Assembly (NCBI GenBank): GCA_964016885.1
Contig: OZ024746.1
Location: forward strand, 42,904,001-42,968,000
Length of the DNA: 64,000 bases
Source: Eledone cirrhosa
Taxonomy: Eukaryota
Direction: 5' to 3'
Below the pieces are notes generated by a model. The model worked only from the letters and a program-made list of their open reading frames with translations, was not told the DNA's origin and did no database searches. Numbering within the stretch: the stretch's first letter is position 1; every line of letters begins with the position of its first letter. Of this stretch, positions 53,401 through 64,000 are shown piece after piece. The translations under genes were made by a program, and so were the position numbers.

Positions 53401-54089
53401 ATCTAAATATACTCAGTCAACAAATAGAACTATATTCACTTCAACAAACAGCCTGGACAACCTATTAATGATTTTGCAGTTCTCATAGATATGCATAAAA
53501 ATAATGTAAATGTCCATATCATTTGCAGAAATGGCTATTAGAGATACTTTTGTCACAACTAAACAAGGAAACTTACTGAATAGCAGTTTGCCATAATTTG
53601 CCTTGTCTCATAAAGCCAGAGAAACATTTACTTGTAGGATACTGTTTTTATTGTCCAGGTGTAACAGTCCACAATTAGTGTTGTGAACTGTATTCCCATA
53701 AATAACCATAGCTATATTTTGTTGTTATGGAGAAATCAACATTAATACAGATTAAAACTTATTTTTGGTGTGGATCAAAATACCTTACATGGATATAAGG
53801 AATGTCTTGATGTTAACAAATGATGTTTTAATTGTAAGATGTCAGTATATTCAGCAATGTTTTATCCCCAAAATTTGAAAAGATATGTAAAAAACGAATA
53901 GCATCAGCAGTACCCTCCTGTCAAACACACAACTGGACTATTTTTTGTTGGGATGCACTGTAAATGGACACCAATAATTATGGCTTGTTGGTAAGGTGAT
54001 AAGGAATTGATTCTGGTGTGAAAAATATTGTAAAATGTTTGATAGTAAGCATGCTATACATGATGGAAAAAAACAATTGTAAACAGTAA

Positions 54090-54298
54090 CCCTTTATTAT
54101 TTAAACTGGCCGTATCTGGCCTGAATTCTCTCACCTCTTTCTGTTCAAACTGGCTGTAACCAGCTGCTCATACTTGTGTTAAGGCATTGTTCTCAAAATA
54201 AATAATATCAAAATCTCAACGATTCAATTTATATGAGATAATTATGTGAAATAAAGCCTTTACCATGAAAATACAATAGTAATGCAAATGCGAAAGAG
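54090..54298. mobile_element. piggyBac-like MITE, copy 2
   Basis: Colinear with 3437-3643: (g)taa|ccctttattatt ... aatgcgaaagag|ttaa. Confidence 0.7.
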
Positions 54299-55354
54299 TT
54301 AAGCAAACTATTGTTACTTAGCAGTTGATATTTTTGCTGTCCATGAATAAATAATTCTGATTATTTCAGGTTGCATTAGAAATCAAATTTCTAGTCTTAA
54401 CTGTTTCAGCTGCATGTGTTAATTTGAAATTTTCATAACATATTTGACAAACTTTTTAATCTTCAAATGTTCACTGACTCCTGTTTATCAAAATTGAAAC
54501 TTGCCAACTTGTATAATAGTAGCAACAGTTTCTTAATATCGTAGGGTCAAAACCAATTACTAAAATGGGAAACTCTTATATTTTGACAGTGCTCAATGAG
54601 TTTACACATTAACCTTTGCATTTGCCTTAAGAAAAGTAACTTCTCAAGCGATCATTCAACACTTCTTATTATTATACTTCTTGTTCAGTGCTCCAAGCTT
54701 CGTTCACAGTAACCATGACACTATTTGAAAGCTCTAAATAGATGGAATAATCATATGACTAATATTGCTCCTTACCATCCATCCTCAAATGAACAAAATG
54801 AATGATTCAATGTAATGAAAACTGCTTTATTACATCTAATGCAAACAAATACAACTAAACAATGGAATGAAGAACCCTCTCTTATGTTTATGAATATTAC
54901 ATCATTGCCTGAAGTGAAATATTTAACTTCATCATTCTAAAGATTTAGAGTTTTATCATAAAAAAAACATTTGACTCTCAAAAATGAGCCATTAATTGAA
55001 AAGAAGCCATCAATTGAAATGCTACTCCTGTACTGCCATGTCCTGATTCAATTGGATATAAGAAGTGTGACACTGTCTCACTGCACTATTTAGTCCTAAT
55101 GAACCATATATTTTGCTGAGATCAATCTCAACAAGTAAATTATGTGGAGCCACTAAATTTGAGATAGAATTTATTTAGTTGCTTCTTGATTTCATTCATA
55201 ATATTAACAAAATATTAAACAAATAAAAATTGTCAATGTCTGTTATTGGGATGAAAACATGTGTGAGGATTTCTAAAAATAATATCTATCAGTTTTTACT
55301 TAAATACATTATAAAATAAAATACAACAATAATAATAATCTACTCCAAATAAAT

Positions 55355-55572
55355 AATGATTTCTTATATAGGCACAAGGCCAACAATTTTGGGGGAGGGA
55401 AAAGTCGATTAAATCGACCCCAGTATGTTACTGGTGCTTTATTTGATCACCCCCGTAAGGATGAAAGGCAAAGTTAACCTCGGCAGGATTTGAACTCAGA
55501 TCATAAAGGGCCGTAACTCTATGCTGCAAAGTATGGTGTCTGACGCTCTACCGATACTGCCAATCCACTACC
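55355..55572 (-). mobile_element. SINE family A variant with a longer 3' part
   Basis: Family A head and body, plus an extra ggggtcgatttaatcgacttttcc segment before ggccttgtgcc. Confidence 0.85.
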
Positions 55573-56523
55573 CTACTACAAAAAAATAATGAAAACACAT
55601 AAATTTTCTTCTAAACATGTTTGCAAATTCATGGGCCCTAATTCAAGCATAATGTATGATTATTTTAACTAGGAATTTGTGATTTACCATATAGCTGAAT
55701 TAGATCATACTAACCTTTTCATTATCATATTTCAAACAAAAGACAATGCTTGTGCTTTTCTTATCATTTCGAAAATATTCAACTGAAATGACTATTGAGC
55801 CTTTAATATATAAAGTATATAAACAGGTAGATTCAAATTAAAGATAAAATTATGCAAAGCAAAAGCTGAAGAAAATAACTCCTTTAATTCCAGAAATGGC
55901 AATAATGAGAACCGGCTTAAATATGAAAACATTGAGAAAAACGTAAAGAAATAAAGAAGTCAATGTGGTATAAGTAGAATTTAAGAGCTACTAAAACTGG
56001 ATTGAAATAGCATGCAACCGTTTTTTAACTCTGCTGACTTCCCTAGTAACAGTTTGTGTAACAAATCCAGAGTGTAGTAAAGACATTCTATTGATTTACT
56101 TGCTGAAGATTGACATTCATCTTATGGCTTATTCAAAGATAGTAAATTCTAAACATTCTAGTGAGGAAATTTACACATAGAAACATGTACACACAAACAC
56201 ACACACACACACACACAAAATAAATAAAAACAAACACAGGAATTCTATAATTATTCTATGTATATTCTGAATAACTGCCAGAAGAGAAAAAAAAAACTGA
56301 TTTTGAAAACAATCACGCCAACGGTTTATTTAAGCAGACTGAGAATTGTGTAGCAAGCCAGATAATTAAACAAATTCAATAAACAGTGTTCATATGAGAA
56401 ACAGGACAGAAATAGAATATTAAAATATTGTTGGGATTAACTTGAATTAGTTCTTTATCATTTTGGTAAAAGAAACATTCTTCTCCAGGGATTCCTTGTG
56501 ATTCAAGATAGTGGTACATGTAT

Positions 56524-56579
<56 letters not shown>

Positions 56580-56816
56580 TCATTTATAGTCAAACATATA
56601 TGAATATGAATAAATGTATATATATATGTTTATATAAATATATCAATATGCATTTATATATATAATATTTATACATATTTTCGTGGTTAACTTCCGGTTT
56701 ATTCTTGATGTATCTACATTCAAATTAGAGTATTTACAGCCCTATTCACGCATGCACGCACACACATGCATGTGCACATACTCACATGCACACATATATT
56801 TATGCTAATACTTCAG

Positions 56817-56825
56817 TATATAATG
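56817..56825 (+). other. Candidate 9-nt microexon
   Basis: Reads tttaTGCtaatacttcag|TATATAATG|gtgagt: consensus donor, AG acceptor, nearby TGC and ctaat motifs, frame-preserving. Confidence 0.3.
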
Positions 56826-58159
56826 GTGAGTTTTTTAATCTATAGTAGTACCCTCATTCCTAAAAAAATATATTACTTTGCCTAATAGTTATTCAAATGC
56901 TATGACAACCAAAACTTGTAATAGTTTACGTTATTTAATATATATACGGTTGGAAACATTTGTTGACTTAAATATTAGAAACATTCTATTCACACAATAG
57001 ATCAGTGAGGTCCTTCACTCAGAAACAACATAAGCACAACATTTATGACTTTTAACTCAATATAATGTGTTATTGTTTTTTGGCGTAATACCATTCTCTA
57101 ATGACTTGTTCTTTAATATCAGTTACTATTTATGAAATAACATAGAACCGTAAAAGATTAATGTAAAAAGAAAAAAATTAAATAACAAAGCTTTAACAGT
57201 TTCAAGTTATGACATCCTGATTTAAGAGATGTAGATAATCGTTCTTAACTACTTATTCTCACTTGTTCTGTCCTATAACAAATCATTATACCTGACCCTG
57301 CTTTCATTTAGTGCATCATATTTATCTATCATACCTGAATACCAAGCTATTTTGGTATCTGGTCCTAACTCTATGCAGTGGAATCTTGTTTAGTGGTTGG
57401 TGTAGCTCCCAATAGCAATGGTTTTTTTACTAACACTTCCAGGATTTTTACATATATATATATATATCATCATCATATTTTAACGTCTGCTTTCACACAC
57501 ACACACATATATATATATAACACAGCATATCTTTTCCATCTTAACTCCAGGGTGTAGAATCTTAAATCTTTCAGACAGTGTCTCCATTTTTCAAGGTTTA
57601 TATAGGTCTCAAAGCCAATGGGTTCTATTAGACTTTTCAATGATTCTGTGAATGCTTAGGTGAATCTCCAGTGAAATGAGACTCCCTACTTAGATATAAT
57701 AACTGGATATTTAAACTCTCCTTCCGTATAGAGAACTTAACACATCGGCCAATAACACATGGATATATATATATATTTATATATATTTTTACTCATATAT
57801 ATATATATATATATATGAGTAAAGACCCTCTTTTGTAAAAAATGATTATGATATTTGCACCTAGTTCTCTTCCAAGGTACAAACTTGGGCAGGACTTTTT
57901 GGAGAAGACCAGTTGTTGCACATATATATTAAACTCCCTTTTTTTACACTGTTGATGTCATTCAATGGAAAGGCAAAGGCTGATATAGCTTGGCACTAGT
58001 GTTATCACAACTAATTTCTACAGCTGAGCGAAATGGTGCAGCGTGAAATAAAATGTCTTCCTCAAGGACACAACATATCGCCCAGTCCAGGAAAGGAACT
58101 CTCTAATGCAAATCCAACTCTCCAATCCCTAACCCATGCTCTTTCACATGATCCCACCA

Positions 58160-58192
<33 letters not shown>

Positions 58193-58565
58193 CCTTGTCT
58201 TATACTTCTTCTGCAAATGAACTTACATTATAATGACAAATTATACTACATTATACTACACCAATTTAGCACCCAAAATCATAAAAAACGTAAACCACTT
58301 CACCTTGTCTGTCCACCCCCAGAATATTTTATGTTTATTTAGTCCTCTCCAATCTATATCAGCTTTTATTAAGAGTGTTTACTCTCCTAGATGGCTTGCC
58401 ATCACTATGGCTTCGTTTTTTATAGAAAAAGATGGAAGACAGTGACATTGATGTTTAAACTTTAGAGACTTTTCAGACTGATGAAGTTCATTAAAGTTGA
58501 AACTTTGAACTCAATGCCGTCTTTTTCTTATATATAAATATATTTGTGAATAATGTATGTGTATG

Positions 58566-58604
<39 letters not shown>

Positions 58605-58655
58605 TTGAAAATGTGTATATATATATGTGTGTGTGTGCGTGTATATATATATATA

Positions 58656-58692
<37 letters not shown>

Positions 58693-58787
58693 GTATATGT
58701 GTGTATATATTTATATATATTTATATATATATATATATATTATATATATATATATATATTTATATATATTATATATACATATATATA

Positions 58788-58919
58788 TTACGTCCCTTTA
58801 CAGTCTGAGTTCAAATCCCGCCGATGTTAACTTTGCCTTTCATCCTTACGGGGTCGATAAAATAAAGTACCAGTAATGTACTGGGTAATTTGCTGGCCTT
58901 GTGCCTAAAGTAGAAACAA

Positions 58920-58922
<3 letters not shown>
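58788..58922 (+). mobile_element. SINE family A, 5'-truncated
   Basis: Runs from ttacgtccctttac...gagttcaaatcccgccg to gtagaaacaatta. Confidence 0.9.
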
Positions 58923-58956
<34 letters not shown>

Positions 58957-58961
<5 letters not shown>

Positions 58962-59286
58962 GTTAGAGCATTGGCCTTGCAATCGAAAGGTTGTGAGTTC
59001 AATTCTCAGACCGGGTGATGCGTTGTTTCCTTGAGCAAGACACTTTATTTCACATTGCTCCAGTTTACTCAGCTGTAGAAATGAGATGATAGGGACTGGG
59101 GTCCATATCATTCCACTGCAAGTGGTCGTGGAGGTGCCATGGCAAAAAAGCACCCAGCACTCACTGTAAATGAGGTTGGTGTTAGGAAGGGCATCCAGCT
59201 GTAGAAATCAAGCCAGAATCAGTTCCCGTCCCACCCTTGCAAGCAAGGAAAAGTGGACGTAAAATGATGATGATGATGATGATGAT
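58957..59286 (+). mobile_element. SINE family B, nearly full length, with RTE-derived tail
   Basis: Near-identical to 38904-39224; the first ~14 nt are replaced by (TA)n. Confidence 0.9.
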
Positions 59287-59477
59287 ATATTGAAGATAGA
59301 CGTTAAACAATAATGATGATGATCATGAAATTCATTTAGGTTTGTTGGTTCATCACTGGACAGAGCTGGTCATTCCGTATAGTCAACCTTGATGTAATAT
59401 TAGGGAGAGCACTCGACGTAATGCAACTCAACCATCTTCGTTTGTGTTGTTGGTGGTGCGAGTACAGAGTTAATTAT

Positions 59478-59729
59478 TATAAAATAACAGGAGGCTGGAC
59501 TCGTGTAATTATTTAAAAGCAACCGACCGGACTAGAAACTTATGAATGTTTGGCCGCCTTCTTGTCTCTCTGCCTTTTCAGCCCCATGGATTGTTTCTAT
59601 TATATTCCTTTGTTAAATTTCGAATACCTGATGATGTCACCGGATTCATACTGAACCCGGTCATTGAAATGTTCATAGTATAATAAATCTTTAAAGAATT
59701 ACACCAGTCCAGCCTCCTGTTATTTTATA
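59478..59729 (+). mobile_element. 252-bp non-coding element with 33-bp terminal inverted repeats and an internal hammerhead motif
   Basis: 59478-59510 versus the reverse complement of 59697-59729 gives 32/33 identity. Hammerhead at 59624-59681 followed by AATAAA. Confidence 0.7.
59624..59681 (+). ncRNA. Minimal type I hammerhead ribozyme motif
   Basis: Stem I atac/gtat; CTGATGA at 59628-59634; stem II accgg/ccggt plus ttca/tgaa with a poorly paired base; GAAA at 59666-59669; stem III t-[gttc]-a; ATA triplet; AATAAA at 59682-59687. Confidence 0.55.
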
Positions 59730-59872
59730 TATATATATGCATACATATATATGTACATACATATATATGTACATACATATATATATATATACATACATAT
59801 ATATATATATACATACATATATATATATATGCATACATATATATGTACATACATATATATATATATATACAT

Positions 59873-59903
<31 letters not shown>

Positions 59904-59948
59904 CATACATATACATACATATACATACATATATATATATATATGTAC

Positions 59949-60556
59949 ATGGTGGCTGCCAACTCGTTTTCGAGTACGGCCACTACTTTATATCCATGTA
60001 GGAGACCCCTACCGATGCGCTAAACAAGTGTGATTTTTAGTCCAGCCAGCGACTTGAAAACTCTGGTGCAAACACTACACTTGTGACAATTATTGACACA
60101 TAGTGCTGGGCCCATGGTACCATGTGACGACAAGTGCAGAGAGATGTCCAGATACAAAGCAATGCCTGTGCTGTGAAACTTTTATAGTGAGTAAAGGCAC
60201 TGCACAAAGCCAGTCCCACTCTCTTAACCAAGATGATATTTCCCAAAAAGAAGAACAAGTCAACATCATTGGATACCATCAGAGCTGCAGGTGTTATATC
60301 AGAGTTTTCCTTCTCCTAGAATTCTGCCTTGACAAAGGCTAAGGGGTCATCTCTCCCGGTGATTTTGGATGGCCATTGACTCTTAAGAGCTCCTTTGCCC
60401 TTTGACAGGTTTTGTTTTTAGTCCCGCAGGATGTCCAAAGTCAACCTCCTCACCAAGAAACCTTGGTGGGGTTGCCAGTTTAGTCGCCAACGACCCGACC
60501 ATGAGACAGGTTGTACTGGGATACATGTTACCAGTAGCACCAACTGGTGACCTGAC
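59949..60556 (-). mobile_element. Probable non-autonomous bipartite RTE element (5'-UTR-like part joined to a 3' end with a C2H2 finger)
   Basis: The - strand has ctaggagaaggaaaactctg, a motif recalled from RTE 5' UTRs. It later encodes KCSVCTRVFKSLAGLK-(frameshift)-SHL, resembling the BovB-type RTE C-terminal zinc finger. No RT sequence lies between the two parts. Confidence 0.55.
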
Positions 60557-60660
60557 ATATATATATATATATACATATATATATATGTACATGTACATAT
60601 ATATATGTACATGTATATATATATGTAAATATGTAAATATATATATATATATATATATAC

Positions 60661-60704
<44 letters not shown>

Positions 60705-60738
60705 ATATATATGTACATGTGTACATATATATATATAC

Positions 60739-60769
<31 letters not shown>

Positions 60770-60814
60770 CACATGTGTGTATATATGTACATGTGTCTTT
60801 ATATATATATATAG

Positions 60815-60852
<38 letters not shown>

Positions 60853-60878
60853 GTTTATATATATATATATATATATAT

Positions 60879-60938
<60 letters not shown>

Positions 60939-60940
<2 letters not shown>

Positions 60941-61227
60941 AGGGTGGGTAAAATTCCCGAGATCCATGGATGAGTTCTCTCTAGCGGTCTCTGTGTCTCA
61001 TTATCGCTGCCATGTCCTGCGTCTCCAACAGACCAGTGTGTGTCCTTAGGGCATCAAAATACGTTAACCTTGGTCTTCCTCTTCCAGTGTGTCCATGTAG
61101 AGGGCTCCCACAGGACCACTGAGTGCAATGTCAACTCTGGATGTTGGTGAGCATGTCCAGCTAACCTCAGTCTCCTCTGTGTCACTTTTGAGAGAGTGCC
61201 ATACAGCTCTGAGTTTTTCATCCTCAG
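60939..61227 (-). mobile_element. RTE-clade LINE C-terminal fragment (distinct family)
   Basis: [23 protein letters not shown]...VVLWEP-(frameshift)[22 protein letters not shown]...MRHRDR, the typical RTE ORF end. Confidence 0.8.
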
Positions 61228-61249
61228 TGTATATATATACATAAATATA

Positions 61250-61393
<144 letters not shown>

Positions 61394-61399
61394 TATACA

Positions 61400-61446
<47 letters not shown>

Positions 61447-61452
61447 ATATGT

Positions 61453-61878
61453 ACGGATAGTGGCTGCAAATTCACCCATTTACCTAGGACAAAACGATCT
61501 ATCCCCACAAACAGCCACCACCATAATACATACTCTAATTTAATACCAACACAACCACCAATAACTCAAACAAGGAATCCACAAATCTGCCGTTTTTCCC
61601 TGCGAGACAGATTGTGTTTAGACCGGGATTGTCCCTTTACCCATCTCCCGGGGACCCGTTGGATAAATGAAAATAAAATTAAAAATAAAAGCAAAAACCA
61701 TAACCTACATAAAAATAACCACTACCACAGTCACCAACAGTCTTCTAAACAGGAAACTTCTTCCTCTTTTTTAGCCATAATGAATCTGGCAAAAGAACTG
61801 GAAAAAAACATTCGAGCTATCACCCAGCACCACCCTCCACTATCACCCCACTGCACAAACTCCCATTGCTGCCATTAA
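61453..61878 (+). CDS. CR1 LINE ORF1, C-terminal fragment
   Basis: [11 protein letters not shown]...[24 protein letters not shown] (C-x8-C-x4-C-x3-H), stop at 61876-61878. The track's ATG at 61399 is only microsatellite. Confidence 0.7.
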   Translation, partial: TDSGCKFTHLPRTKRSIPTNSHHHNTYSNLIPTQPPITQTRNPQICRFSLRDRLCLDRDCPFTHLPGTRWINENKIKNKSKNHNLHKNNHYHSHQQSSKQETSSSFLAIMNLAKELEKNIRAITQHHPPLSPHCTNSHCCH

Positions 61879-64000
61879 CAAACAAACAAATTAACAACAC
61901 ACCAAAACAATTAAAACCATCCACTCTCGCCTCTACATTTTTGCTTAACGCCCAAGGCATCAGCCCTTCCACCAATACTCAAAAATGGAAGATCAAATTC
62001 CTGGAGGACTGGATTGATGTCCATCCAAACCACATCCCTTTCTTCGTCCTCACTGAAACCCATCTCAGTAACCTCCACTTGGAAGCCGAGGTGAAAGTGA
62101 AAAATTTCAAAGCCATCCGTGCTGATCGCGCTGGCAGAAGAAAGGGCGGAACTGCCATTTATGTCCATAATTCTTTCTCAACAGAGGCTATGAACATATT
62201 CACTAATGGATACTGTGAGGCAGTCACTGTATTCAGTCAAACCAACAACCTATTAGTAGTTGGGCTCTATAGGCCACCCCAAACGCCTGTACCATGCTTC
62301 AAGGAATGCCTCAACAGCATAAAGTGTTTCATCCAAAAGTGTCACCCTGACAACATCTTAATGATGGGGGACTTCAACCTCCCCGGAGTTGACTGGTCCA
62401 CAAACACCCTGCCACCAGGTTCTTCTGCCTCAACCTCTGACAGGGAAGCTGTGGAATCACTTCTTGACTTCATGGATGATTTCTTCCTATCCCAACTAGT
62501 GCTCGAACCAACGAGGTGCCACAAAAACGTCCTAGACTTAATTTTCAGCAATCACACTGACAATATCCACAATATTGCAGTGGAGAAAACTCTACTCTCT
62601 GATCATGACATGGTTCTCTGTGATCTGAGATTCCACCGTCCAATATACAAACCCAATGTCATCTCTCCTGTCCATCCGTTTGACGCTATGGATTTCCACA
62701 ATGCAAACTGGGAAGCGATCAGTCATGATCTTGCACATGTCGACTGGTCCTTCACGCACACTCATACACCCACTAACATCAAAAAGTCCTGGCAGACATT
62801 TGTGGACACTGTTACAAACATATGTGCTAAACACACCCCATTAAGAACTATAAACAAATCTAAGAGCAGAATCCCTAGAAATAGAAAAACGCTCATCAGA
62901 AAAATTAAGAGAACGAACAAAAAAATCAACAAGCTGAAATACTGTCAGCAGCAACACATCAACTTGACTGCCATTTCATCACTAGAGATTAAAAAACATA
63001 ACCTCCAAAACAACATAATGTCCCTCATCAACAATCAGAGAAGAGCTGAAGAGGCCTGGGCCATTGAGAAGATCAAACTCAATCCCAAAGTGTTCTTTTC
63101 ATTTGCAAAAAAACACAAAATCACTGGCTCTACTGTTGGCCCTCTAATTGATGAAAATGGCACTCTTCAAGACAATGCTAAAACCATGGGTGAGATACTG
63201 CAGAAACAATACTGCTCTGTTTTCAGCAATCCTGATATGGCCGATCTGGGCTGTATCGGCGATGTTACTCCCCATTACACCTTATCGGACATAACGTTTG
63301 GCGCCCCTGATGTCTTGGCGGCAATAAAGGAAATCAAGCATAATTCAGCAGTAGGTCCCGATAGGTTCCCTGCTTGTGTCCTGAAGGCGTGTCAACACCA
63401 ACTTGCTTCTCCTCTTGCCAATCTGTGGCGGAACTCACTAGATGCTGGATATGTGCCAGAAAACCTTCTATCCCAGTCTGTTGTCCCAGTTTTCAAAAAG
63501 GGAAACAAATCCCTTGCCGTGAATTACCGTCCAATCTCACTCACCTCTCATATCATTAAGGTATTTGAGCGAGTGGTGAGATCGCGAATGACCCACTTCC
63601 TTGAGAGTAACAATATGCTGAACTCCAACCAGCATGGATTCCGTAATGGAAGGGATTGCCTGACGCAACTACTGCATCACTTTGATGACATTTTGAGAGC
63701 CTTGGGAGAGGGTTCCAACACTGATGTTATCTACCTTGATTTCAGCAAGGCCTTTGACAGGGTTGATCATAACATTCTACTGAGAAAGCTGTCCAATATT
63801 GGTGTCACTGGAAAGCTGCTGCAGTGGATCAAGAGCTTCCTGTCAAACAGAACCCAACATGTTGTAGTTGAGGGAGTCAAATCAAGCCCAGCCAAAGTCA
63901 GTAGTGGAGTCCCACAAGGCACTGTGTTGGGCCCACTTCTCTTCATCATCTATATTAATGACATCACTGACATCATCAAACACAGCAACATTAAAATTTT
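61749..64000 (+). CDS. CR1 LINE ORF2: APE endonuclease plus reverse transcriptase (partial; no stop within the window)
   Basis: One frame holds LLNAQG, LTETHL, RADR...[63 protein letters not shown] and [20 protein letters not shown]. The start given is the first codon after the upstream in-frame stop at 61746-61748. Confidence 0.92.

Larger units (their letters stand above)
61453..64000 (+). mobile_element. Young CR1-clade LINE, 5'-truncated in ORF1 and running off the window end
   Basis: ORF1 tail with a CCCH-type finger, followed by an uninterrupted ORF2 encoding APE endonuclease and RT. Confidence 0.93.

Noticed and set aside
52690-53900. Very old LINE-like remnants (also ~11300-12090, ~32230-32620 and ~36000-36800)
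   Set aside because: Only faint motif echoes; too degraded to classify or delimit by eye.

Overview
AT-rich, repeat-dense eukaryotic genomic DNA. The SINE/RTE families and the long (TA)n/(TG)n tracts suggest an octopus or other coleoid cephalopod, which is an inference and was not verified. No host protein-coding gene can be identified. The window may be intronic, because two frame-preserving microexon candidates (24 nt and 9 nt) lie on the + strand. All recognisable coding sequence is transposon-derived: several RTE-clade LINE pieces (one with a PHD-type finger after the RT core), an L1/Tx1 remnant, a Chapaev3-like transposase fragment, a Penelope-like (Naiad-type) GIY-YIG endonuclease flanked by ~590-bp inverted repeats, and a young CR1-type LINE whose ORF2 is open to the window end. 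Two main tRNA-derived SINE families and a few MITEs occur in many copies. The most notable signal is a set of minimal type I hammerhead ribozyme motifs: four with an intact catalytic core and several degenerate ones. One pair carries a ~105-nt rod-like stem II, and others sit in small non-coding elements bounded by inverted repeats. Most short ORFs in the supplied track are microsatellite or antisense artefacts.
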